Shown here in pieces: positions 11,899 to 21,546 of a stretch of 34,709 nucleotides of DNA. The notes below the pieces were generated by a model. The model saw only the letters and a list, made by a program, of their open reading frames with translations. It was not told where the DNA came from and did not search any database. Source of the DNA: Scyliorhinus canicula (Eukaryota). The translations under genes were made by a program, and so were the position numbers. The stretch lies in contig NW_024055491.1 in the NCBI RefSeq assembly GCF_902713615.1, positions 248,001-282,709 on the forward strand. Direction: 5' to 3'. Within the stretch, counting starts at the first letter, position 1. Each line of letters opens with the position of its first letter.

Positions 11899-12225
11899 GG
11901 GGCGGTACGGTAGAATAGTGGTTAGCACAGTTGCTTCACAGCTCCAGGGTCTGAGGTTCCATTCCCGGCTTGGGTCACTGTCTGTGCAGAGTCTTCACAT
12001 CTCCCCGTGTCTGCGTGGGTCTCCTCCGGTTTCCTCCTACATTCCAAAGATGTGCAGGTTAAGTGGATTGGCCATGCAAAATTGCCCTTACGTGTCCAGG
12101 AAGGTTGGGTGGGGTTACGGGGATACGGTGGAGGTGTGGGCTTGGGTGGGGTGCTCTTTCCAAGGGCCGGTGCAGACTCAATGGGCCGAATGGCCTCCTT
12201 CTGCACTGTAAATGCTATGATTCAA
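11899..12225 (+). mobile_element. V-SINE copy with LINE-derived 3' tail
   Basis: tRNA head, V-core, GGGCCGAATGGCCTCCTTCTGCACTG tail. Confidence 0.85.
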
Positions 12226-12304
12226 TGATACAAAACTGTTGTTCCCAATGGTTAACTCATACCACATCCCGTTCAGCCATTACAAATATCCTGCCTTCGA
12301 TCAC

Positions 12305-12590
12305 AGGGCCAGGGCCCCGGGTTCAATTCTGGCCTTGGGTCACTGTCTGTGTGGAGTTTGTACATTCTCCCTGTGTCTGTGTGGCTTCCTCTGGGTGCCT
12401 CCCACAGCCCAACGATGTGCCGGTTCGGTGGATTGTCTATTCTAAATTGCCCCTTAATGTCTAAAACAGATGTGTAGGTTAGGTGAGGCTAAGGGGTTAT
12501 TGGGAAAGCGGAGGGGACTGGGCCTGGGCGTAGTACTCTTTTCAGAGCTTGGTGCAGGTTCTAATGGCCTCCATTTGCACTAATTCTATG
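12305..12590 (+). mobile_element. Diverged V-SINE copy
   Basis: GGGTTCAATTC...TTGGGTCACTGTCTGTGTGGAGTTTG core. Confidence 0.75.
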
Positions 12591-12963
12591 ATTGCCTAAC
12601 AAAGCCTCTATTTCAGCATTCTCTCGATTTTCCAATTGCCTCGTTAGCCTCATTCCCATTCCTGTGCCATCCTGCAGCCCAATTACGATCTGTAGCAATG
12701 TATTGCACTGTTTAACAATATAACGTCCGTACAATGCTAACCATTATAAGTCATATTTCTGCAATCTAATAAACAATTGTTCTATAAGTGTGACGGGTAA
12801 TTTGTTGACCATTTATTGTCCTGCTCTGTAATACAAAATTAGGTGATGCACTCTAATATATCGTAATGCAATAAACCTTTCAGCACGATCCTTAAAGGGA
12901 AGAGATAAGAATTCTGGAGATTCAGAAGAAAAATAAATATTGTGGTTGATATTCCTCTCTTAC

Positions 12964-13033
12964 CTGGGACCCCAATAATAGCGAGTGCCGGGTAATAAAT
13001 GGCATAAAATGGTCCATTCGCTGGTCCATGCAT
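12964..13033 (-). CDS. GPR139/142-like GPCR exon 1 (MHGPANGPFYAIYYPALAIIGVP); the spliced CDS is 329 aa
   Basis: ATG at 13033; donor GTAAGA at 12963; 70 nt phase 1 joins exon 2 as ...IGVP-ANLMAIIIL, the typical N-terminus/TM1 of this family. Confidence 0.85.
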
Positions 13034-13669
13034 CGTCTTTCAGGAACTAATTGAATTCTGCAAGGTGCACATACTCGGCCTGCAAGACTTCCAAATGGTC
13101 CCTCATTTATAACAGTGAGAGTCTCCAGAGGGGCAATTAAATTATAACCTGCACTTTAGTTACAGGTCGGTGAATAAACAAATTAAGAGACGAGTCCATG
13201 CCTTTCATTTGTTCCCCTAGTAAGGGGAGTGAATTAATTGCCAACGTGGGTGAACCGCTGACTGCAACTTCTGCGGTCCCTCCCAGCCCCAAAATAATTC
13301 TCTGCGACTCCATCAATCAAAACACCTCTTGTTAACTCTGAGCTGAAGTCTGACCTCTGATAAAATCTGTCTCTTTCAATATTTGACATATTGTTCTTTT
13401 AGTTGACGGACACGTTGGCGTGGTTTGCGTATTTGTAAGTGTTCTGGTGTTTAGTGCTGTATTGATACACAAATATTGGAACATAGAACATAGAACAGTA
13501 CAGCACAGAACAGGCCCTTCGGCCCCCAATGTTGTGCCGAGCCATGATCACCCTACTCAAACCCACATATCCACCCTATACCCGTAACCCAGTGGGACAG
13601 TGGGCTGTGCAGGCAATATTCAGAGAATAATCTGCCTTCTTGTCTTTGCCACCAAGGAGGGTAACCTCA

Positions 13670-14350
13670 CATGTACAGTCGTTGGAGATTGGCATGCAGG
13701 TACAGCAGGCGACGAGGAAATCCTGTGATATGCTGGCCTTCAGATAGAGAAGGTTTGAGCATCGGTGATGGGATTGCTTTCAACTGTTATATGGAGCCTT
13801 GGTGAGGCCGCACCTTAAGTATTGTGTGTAGTTTTAGTTTGAGGAAGGACATTCTTGCTTTTTGAGCATGTCCAGCGAAAATTCACCAGACTAATTTCCG
13901 GGATGACAGGCCTGACATATGAAGAAATACTGGATCGGCTGGGTTTGTACTCACTGGAGTTGAGAAGAATGAGAGGGGATCTCATAGAAACATATATAAT
14001 CCTGATGGGACTGCACGGGCAGATGCGGGACGAATGTTCCCGATGTTGGGACTAGGGGTCACAGCCTAAGTATAAAGAATGCGCATTCAGGACTGAGATG
14101 AGGAAGAACTTCTTCTCTTAGAGAGTTGTCAACTTGTGGAATTCTCTACCACAGAAAGCCGTGGGGGCCAGTCCGTTGGATATATTCAAGAGGGAGCTGG
14201 ACGTGGCCCTTGTGGCTAAAGGGAGCAGGGGAATGGAGAGAAAGTGGGAGTGTGAGATGGAATTTGCATTATCAGCCATGAACATTTGAATGGTGGTGCA
14301 GGCTCGAAGAACCGAATGGTCTACTCCTGCACCAGTTTTCTATGTTTCCA
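13670..14350 (+). mobile_element. Degenerate CR1 LINE 3' fragment
   Basis: ALVRPHLKYC, VQRKFTRLISGM, LGLYSLELRRMRGDLIE; 3' tail CTATGTTT. Confidence 0.85.
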
Positions 14351-14374
14351 TGTTGATGTATATCAGTGACCGAA

Positions 14375-15720
14375 CAAATGCAGATATGAAGTTGAAGAGA
14401 TTTAAACACAGGTTTGTGAGAAGATGGAGCCTGTTGCCACATGGAGCTTGGAACAGAGAGCATTGATACATTTATGGGCATACTTGGAAATACTGGAAAG
14501 AGAACAGTCTAGACCGACACAGGGAGCTGGATGGAAATGGTCAATTAGATGTCGGGTGGGTGGGGGAGGGGAGGGGGGGTGGGGGGGGGGGGGATAGTCT
14601 GGTCTGGAGTACATGCGCAGACACAATTTAGTTGGGCCGAATGGTCTATTCCTCTCCCCCAATTTCTATACTATGTAAACCACAGAGAATACTGCGTACA
14701 GAGAACCACGGAGAGAATCAGTCATGGGCGGAAATAATTGAAAATGTCAGAGAGCCGGAAGAGGCAGTTCCCAGTGAGTAACAGTAAAACCCACTGCGGA
14801 AACTGAACAGACTGAACCCAACCGACAACTCAGAGACTTTGGGACAAGTTCCCACGATTACAAGAAACACAAACAGCAAGTTTAAATTTAGAAACAAATC
14901 GAAACTAACAGTAAATACATAAATTTAAAGAGAAATGGAGAAGAAAAATTAATGAAAGAAGAAAATGGTCAAATCGAAGAAAAGGCAATCAGAAACTCTG
15001 GGAAATGTTAAACCACAGTCAGTGATTGACCTTTGACCACCGTGTTCAACATCAGTTGGGCCCCATTGTTGCTGTTGATTCGCAATGAATTATGTTGGAG
15101 CTTGCTGTGCCTGATGATAAAATCCAGTTGGGTTACTCTCCGCCCAATTATTTTAGGAACAGATTGGCTCACGGATGAAAAAACCCACACACAGGGGGGA
15201 GGGGGGAGAGGGGGGGGGGGAGGGGGGGGGGGGTTGTTGGGTTACGGGTATAGAGTGGATACGTGGGTTTGAGTAGGGTGATCATTACTCGGCACAACAT
15301 CAAGGGCCTGTTCTGTGCTGTACTGTTCTATGTTCTATCCATGGTAGAATCAAACAGAAATAAGGATGACATTCACCACCTCGGGTGAATGCCTTTCCTT
15401 CATGAATGAAATACTATTCGACCATGATTTTCCCATAGTCCTGTTATTATCCTTTTCCCATATTTGACCTTTACCCGTTTGTAAATCACTGTTCAATCAG
15501 CTCCCACCACCCATTCTGACATATCGTTAGAGTTTACTGGGTGGAATAAAACATCACCTCAGTCCCCATTGGTTTGCATTGTATCAATTGTATTGTAACA
15601 GTGAATACAATTAAAATGCAATTAAAGTGATAACATTGCCACAAAAACTGAGCAATTCACGCGACTGGCAAATACTCCAGGTTAATCAGTGGTTAAACTA
15701 TTTTCTTGATCCATGCTCAG
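14375..15720 (+). repeat. Left arm of an inverted duplication (copy of the intron upstream of the supporting V-delta), with a CR1-tail insertion at ~15183-15338
   Basis: Aligns by eye to the reverse complement of ~16733-17950; 14745-14877 versus 17476-17608 has 7 mismatches in 133 bp. Confidence 0.85.
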
Positions 15721-16426
15721 GTTTCTGTACAGCTCTCTCCGTGCTCTGTATCACTGTGTGTGTGATCCTCACCATGGTCAGGTTTCTGTACAGCTCTCTC
15801 CGTGCTCTGTGTCACTGTGTGTGTAATCCTCACCATGTTCAGGTTTCTGTACAGCTCCCTCCGTGCTCTGTATCACTGTGTGTGATCCTCACCATGTTCA
15901 GATCTCTGTACAGCTCTCTCCGTGCTTTGTATCACTGTGTGTGTGATCCTCACCATGGTCAGGTTTCTGTACAGCTCTCTCCGTGCTCTGTTTCACTGTG
16001 TGTGTAATCCTCACCATGTTCAGGTTTCTGTACAGCTCTCTCCGTGCTCTGTATCACTGTGTGTATGATCCTCACCATGTTCAGGTTTCTGTACAGCTCT
16101 CTCCGTGCTCTGTATCACTGTGTGTGTGTAATCCTCACCATGTTCAGGTTTCTGTACAGCTCTCTCCGTGCTCTGTATCACTGTGTGTGTAATCCTCACC
16201 ATGTTCAGGTTTCTGTACAGCTCTCCCCGTGCTCTGTATCACTGTGTGTGTAACCCTCACCATGTTCAGGTTTCTGTACAGCTCTCCCCGTGCTCTGTAT
16301 CACTGTGTGTGTAATCCTCACCATGTTCAGTTTCTGTACAGCTCTCTCCGTGCTCTGTATCACTGTGTGTAATCCTCACCATGTCCAGGTTTCTGTACAG
16401 CTGTCTCCGTGCTCTGTATCACTGTG
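15720..16426 (-). repeat. Tandem array of 12 recombination signal sequences (CACAGTG-23 bp-ACAGAAACC), period 59-63 bp
   Basis: Heptamers (plus-strand CACTGTG) start at 15752, 15813, 15874, 15933, 15994, 16055, 16116, 16179, 16240, 16301, 16361, 16420; every spacer counts to 23 bp; 10 nonamers are ACAGAAACC, one ACAGAGATC, one ACAGAAACT. Confidence 0.95.
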
Positions 16427-16732
16427 CTGTGTGCCGGCTCAGTGCAGCGTAGTACACAGCAGAGTCGCTCGGTTGAAGTTTGGAGATCTTTAAACGGCTG
16501 ATTTTCTTGGCAGTGTCGAGAGAAGCAGAAATTCTCCCGCCGGCAGCGTTTTCTTTATTCCCATCTCCTGAAGTGTGTCTCTGAAGCAGGAATTCCGGAG
16601 CCTGTCCTGGGGACTGACGGTACCAGTGTACTGTGTACTGAGACAACCCTGAATATTCCCAATTTAAAGTAACTGTGTCACCGGCAGCAGAGTTTTGGAT
16701 AGGCGGGTTCTTCGACACCAAGGGACTGGAAT
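16427..16732 (-). CDS. TRDV: Leaderless supporting TCR-delta V exon of a NAR-TCR cassette (open frame, no cysteines)
   Basis: Acceptor tttttttcatccgccAG (16735-16733), phase 1 matches the J donor. (D)SSPLVSKNPPIQNSAAGDTVTLNWEYSGLSQYTVHWYRQSPGQAPEFLL...LQPSDSAVYYAALSR; WYRQ motif; abutting 23-RSS at 16426-16388; no leader exon seen between J and V. Confidence 0.9.
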
Positions 16733-17950
16733 CTGGCGGATGAAAAAAACGTCATTTGTTTTATTCGGGAAGCCATTATTTGTTAATCACGTGAATAGCT
16801 CAGTTGTTTATGGCATTGTTTTTATTTTAATTCTGCTTGAACTGTATTAACTTTTATGTCAATATGAACCAGTGAGGCATGAGTGGTTATTATCTTTCCC
16901 GCCACAAGCTCGAAAGTTCCGCAATGCACACTCGGAATGTGTGGTGGGAACTAATTCCACAAAGACTTTTCAACGGGCAATGGTCAATGACCGGGATAGG
17001 AAAATGCAGAGCTATGGGAAAATTAAATGGTTCATGGGAAGAAGTGTATTTCATTGACAAAGGGCAGCATCTGCCCGCGGGGCCTCATGCAATCCTTACT
17101 TCAGCATGGTTCTACCATGGGTGTGACATTTCTGCTCCTATTTTCCTTGCTGAGGAACAGACGCGAGGGAACATTTTCATATCAGTGAGACAATCTGTTT
17201 CCTGATATAATTGGCCGAGTGTAACCGAACTGCATTCATCATTTAGCACTTAGCAAGATCCAACAGAAAATGATTGCGATTCATTGGCTATGGATACAAA
17301 CCGACGTTGGACATCCGCAGTTAGATGTCAATCACTGACTGCAGTTTAACATTTCCCGGAGTTTCTGATTGCCTTTTACTCTGTCTATTTTCTTCAATCA
17401 ATAATATTTTTCTCCGTTTCTCTATAAATTGAATCATTTACTGTTGGTTTCATTTTATTTCTACATTTACTTTGCGCTGTTTGTGCTTTTCGTGATCGTG
17501 GGAACTTGTCCCAAAGTCTCTGAGTTGTCGGTTGGGTTCAGTCTGTTCAGTTTTCGCAGTGCGTTTCACTGTTACTCACTGGGAACTGCCTCTTCCGGCT
17601 CTCTGACAATTACAATTCTTTCAGTTTATTAACTAATTGTCTCTCGGGTTCTCCAAAAGGACTTTTCTGTAAGTGTTATATTGTGTATAATCTACTGAAG
17701 AGGAATGAACGATTTGGCCCAACTGATTTATGTCTGTGCATACTCCAGGTCAGCCTAACCCGCCCGAAATCGAGTTGGCCATTTCCATCCAGCACCATGT
17801 GTCGCTCCATTCTGTTTCCCCTCCTTTATTTTCCATCCTACCCATTTCTGAACCAATAGTCTCTGCGCCAACCACTCAATGTGGCAGCGATTGGTATACC
17901 CTGATGTCTCTGTGTAGAAATATCTGTTTCCAATTTGTGTCTGTTTTCTG
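16733..17950 (-). repeat. Right arm of the inverted duplication (3' part of the J to V-delta intron)
   Basis: Reverse-complement homology to 14375-15720. Confidence 0.85.
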
Positions 17951-18689
17951 TTAATGACTATTACATGTTCACCGTCCCTTTCTCTGGAAAAACGCACAAA
18001 TCACCATTCAGATTTATGTTCATAATTTAATTCACCTAGAAATCCTCCTCGTGATTCTCCATCCCTCGGTGAAAGTGGACCCAACATGTTGAACCTTTCC
18101 AGAGAGATTTGCATTGAAGCTGATTCCGTCCTCAGAACCGCAAGATTCAAAAGACAATTTCTAACGGGTAGAAGTAATACCGACGAGACCACCTTTCAAA
18201 GTTGACCCGCCATTCATTTATATGTTCGCTGATCCCCTACCTCAACAACCAGTCCCCCCATTGTCGCCAGAACCTTTGATACTTTTATATCTAACAATCT
18301 ATTCAACACTTCTGTGAATAAACTCACATCTGAGAATCCAGAACTCTTTGAGGAACAGAAATCAAAGATTCACATGAATTGGTTAACTAAAGAAATGTAT
18401 CCTCTTCTTAACTCTACTGCCGAAACACATATTCTGAAACTGGGATCCCAAGTTAGAACCTAGCCAGCGTGGATACACTTACCCAATATCTGTTCTGCCA
18501 AGCCCTTTGAACATATGGTATGTTCTGATGAAGTTACATCTCAGGGCTCTACATTACATGGAATCTCGGTCTAAAAAACTCAATTTCAACTCACAGTAAT
18601 TTATCTCAGGAATATTTGTTAAATTTCTTCCCAAGCATGGAGATAATTTCTGAACTGAGGTGACTGAACCCTATGCAGCATTCCAGACC

Positions 18690-19320
18690 ATAGTCCCAGC
18701 TCTGACCTCTGCTGAACACCACTAGAAGTCACAGCACTCCATTCAGCAAATAACCCTTCCATTACTACTCTCTGCCTTCTATGACCTAGCCAGTTCTGTA
18801 TCCTTCTTGCAAGCTCACATCTGATCCCGTGTGACTTCACCTTTTGTACCAGTCTGCCATGAGGGACCTTGTCAAAGGCCTTACTGAAGTCCATATAGAC
18901 AACATCCATTATGTGTTTCGGCCTTATCTGCAGCAACCACCATTGTGACCTCCTTGAAAAACTCTATTACGTTAGTGAGACACGACCTCCCCTTCACAAA
19001 ACCATACTGCATTTCACTCATACGTCTACTTGCTTCCAAATGGGAGTAGATCCTGTCTCGAAGAATTCTCTCCACTAATTTCCCTACCACTGATGTAAGG
19101 CTCACCGGCTTGTAGTTCCCTGGATTATCCTTGCTCCCTTCTTAAACAATAGAACAAAATAGGCTATTCTCCAGTCCTCTGGAACATACCTGAAGACAGT
19201 GAGGATCAAAGATTACTATCAAGGCCTCAATAATTTCCTCTCTAGCCTGCTTCAGTATTCTGAGGTAGATCCCATCAGGCCCTGGGGACTTTTCCACCTT
19301 AATATTTTTCATGACGATAA
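18690..19320 (-). mobile_element. CR1 LINE RT fragment in the J to V-delta intron
   Basis: [41 protein letters not shown] motifs with indels. Confidence 0.9.
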
Positions 19321-20220
19321 TCCTCAACTCTACTATCCCACCTTATACCCCTAACGCTCGACGCCCTCACTGATTACATATCTCTCTCTCTCAGCCTTGA
19401 ACATGCTTAGCGCCAATATTTCAGTTTCACTGCCGTCTGAGAGAACAAGTTCCTCCTAGTCTCTGTTTTACATGGCGCCCCTTGACTCAGAGATTATGCC
19501 CTCTGGTTCGAGACACTCCCACAAAAGGAAATCCTCTCAGGATCCAGCTTGTCAAAACCCCAGATTATCCTATATGTCTCAATCAGATCAGGTCTCTTTC
19601 TACGAATCTCCTTTATAGAAATTACCTCCAAAGACGGGGCCAACCTCGTGAATTTTCTCCGGACTGTTTCAAATGTCGGTACATGCGCTTGCTCAAATGT
19701 TGCGTTTCTTCACATGGTGCATCAATCACATTGCGCAGTTCGGAGAACGAACGGCTGCCGTGGAGCGAGCTCTAAGAGCCGATGTGGTGACCAAATGGAC
19801 AGACACAGACCCCCCTCACAGACCGACTCCGACAGAGGAGTCCATACTGTCGAAAATCTGCTTTCATTAAAAACAGTTCGGAATGAGAGCCTGTGATGTT
19901 GAGCATGGACATGATGTGCCATTAAACTAGTAATGGTCCACATACTGTCAACACCCACCAACACCACAACTCAACCCCAATTACCTCTACCCCTATCCCT
20001 CTGACCTCCTGCTCCATGTACAGTTTCCACAGGAAAGACCTGGACCCAACTCCAGAATCATATTCTGCTCAGAAATCAAAATCTGCCGCCAAGAATATTA
20101 CTTAGAAAGCAGATCAGCTCCAGTTTCAATCGGTTTTAAGAAATACGGATCATAATAATAAACTGAGGGCTAACATTCACGGACACGCTCTGTAAAATAG
20201 CGGGGTTTGGAGACACTTAC

Positions 20221-20279
20221 CGGCTGTGACAGTCACCACCGTCCCGGATCCCTCTACATAATCATATTTCCAGTGACCA
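20221..20279 (-). CDS. NAR-TCR J segment (GHWKYDYVEGSGTVVTVTA)
   Basis: EGSGTVVTV is an IgNAR-type J motif; donor GTAAGT at 20220-20215, phase 1. Confidence 0.9.
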
Positions 20280-20318
20280 CACAGTGACACGGTTCTCAGA
20301 CTCCCCGGTACAATAACC
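20280..20318 (+). other. J 23-RSS
   Basis: CACAGTG 20280-20286, 23-bp spacer, ACAATAACC 20310-20318. Confidence 0.9.
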
Positions 20319-20630
20319 ACCGATACCTCAACCAGCAGGAAAATGATCACCAATCATTCGATGCTACCCAATTATTCGGGGGGTTGAAATACATAAACAA
20401 CATCCAATGTTTCAGAGACTGTGTTGATTTAAACCGTTCTCTGTGAGGCCCTGAGCTATGACTAAATGGCTGGAGGCAGGAAATATTCGCTTCATATAAA
20501 CCGACGAAAATGATAAAGAAAGATGGAAATGGTGGAAATGACAATGAAACGTAACCAGGTTACAGCCATGATAACATCATCCCGATAATTCGCCACCAGG
20601 CCGGGCGAATTGTTACTTGCTTTGTGCGGA

Positions 20631-20701
20631 GGAAATTGACCCGGTCTCTGTCACTGTGAATATGCGAACCCAGCACAGTATGGCAAGTCAATATAAAATC
20701 C
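20631..20701 (-). other. D segment (CTGGGTTCGCATATT, 20673-20659) flanked by two 12-RSSs
   Basis: V-facing RSS: CACAGTA 20674-20680, 12 bp, ATAAAATCC 20693-20701. J-facing RSS: CACAGTG (minus) 20658-20652, 12 bp, weaker nonamer TCAATTTCC 20639-20631. All three frames open (LGSHI/WVRI/GFAY); ~310-320 bp from both the V and J signals. Confidence 0.85.
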
Positions 20702-21024
20702 CCGGCTATATGGTGTACGTGGGGACATAACTTCGACAGTGGGGACTGCGGTCCCCAGTTCCCTCTGTTGGAACAGGATCCTGCTGGTCTGAGGGTTCGT
20801 CACTGAGATCAGTTATTCCCAATCTCCATTCACTGACACTAATTTCTGGGAAAGTATCAACATCCGCACAAACTCGGCGTTTAAAAAACTCAAGATGTTA
20901 ACGGGAATGATCCAGTCTCATTATAAACCAGAGCATGGGGCAGACAGTGTGAGGCGGAACTGTGGGGGTTTCAGGGCAGATTAACTCCGCTTTTACATTT
21001 GTTTATGTGATAATCCGCAGTGAG

Positions 21025-21062
21025 GGATTTTGTATCGCGGGAAGCCGAGACCCATCACTGTG
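21025..21062 (-). other. NAR-TCR V RSS (22-bp spacer, 23-class)
   Basis: CACAGTG 21062-21056, 22 bp, ACAAAATCC 21033-21025. Confidence 0.9.
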
Positions 21063-21353
21063 TGTTCCAGTATCTGTACTGAGCTTTACAGTAATAGGTG
21101 GCGCTGTCTTCAACTCTCACATCCCGAATTTCCAGCGAAAATTTCTTTTCTGCTTTATTCACCGACACAACAAATCTCTCTCCGCTGGAGATCCACTCTC
21201 GCTGTGTGCCGGGGTCGGTTTGTCTGAAGAAATCCCCGCTTTTGAATTCAACAGTATAGTATCTACTGTAAAAAACACAGGTGATAGTGAGAGACTGGCA
21301 CTCCTCCTTGGTCACCGCTCCTGGGCTCTGTGTCACTGACTGACTGAAATATC
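21063..21353 (-). CDS. NAR-TCR V exon (IgNAR-like V domain with truncated CDR2 region)
   Basis: Acceptor tttccAG at 21356-21354. GYFSQSVTQSPGAVTKEECQSLTITCVFYSRYYTVEFKSGDFFRQTDPGTQREWISSGERFVVSVNKAEKKFSLEIRDVRVEDSATYYCKAQYRYWN; the ISxGxRFVxSVNxxxKxFSLxI signature matches VNAR; both canonical Cys present plus an FR1 Cys. Confidence 0.92.
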
Positions 21354-21500
21354 CTGGAAATTAAACAGAGACAGTTTAATGGACCATCACAGCCAGAAAC
21401 ACAGATCAGGGCTAAAAACCCAGACAGTCTGTAATTGGGATGGAATAGGGCAGCTTTGTGTTAAATCCACACAATGTGGGTTAGTCTGATCGGTACTCAC

Positions 21501-21546
21501 CGGGTAAACAGACACACAGCGTGAAAACAAGGAGGATTCCCATCAT
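21501..21546 (-). CDS. Leader exon of the NAR-TCR V (MMGILLVFTLCVCLP)
   Basis: ATG at 21546, hydrophobic signal peptide, donor GTGAGT at 21500, phase 1 in frame with the V exon. Confidence 0.9.

Noticed and set aside
15720-16426. CRISPR-like or D-segment array interpretation
   Set aside because: Linkers are near-identical rather than unique spacers, the context is eukaryotic, and the linkers lack 5' RSSs.
15627-16493. Cys/His-rich ORFs on the plus strand and repeat ORFs on the minus strand
   Set aside because: Translations of the RSS tandem array; no gene structure.
20730-20970. Second D segment
   Set aside because: No heptamer pair with correctly spaced nonamers found between the V and the identified D.
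21225-21240. Phe instead of the canonical Trp (DFFRQ) in the NAR-V as a defect
   Set aside because: I recall similar substitutions in NAR-TCR V families, so it is not counted as inactivating without an alignment.
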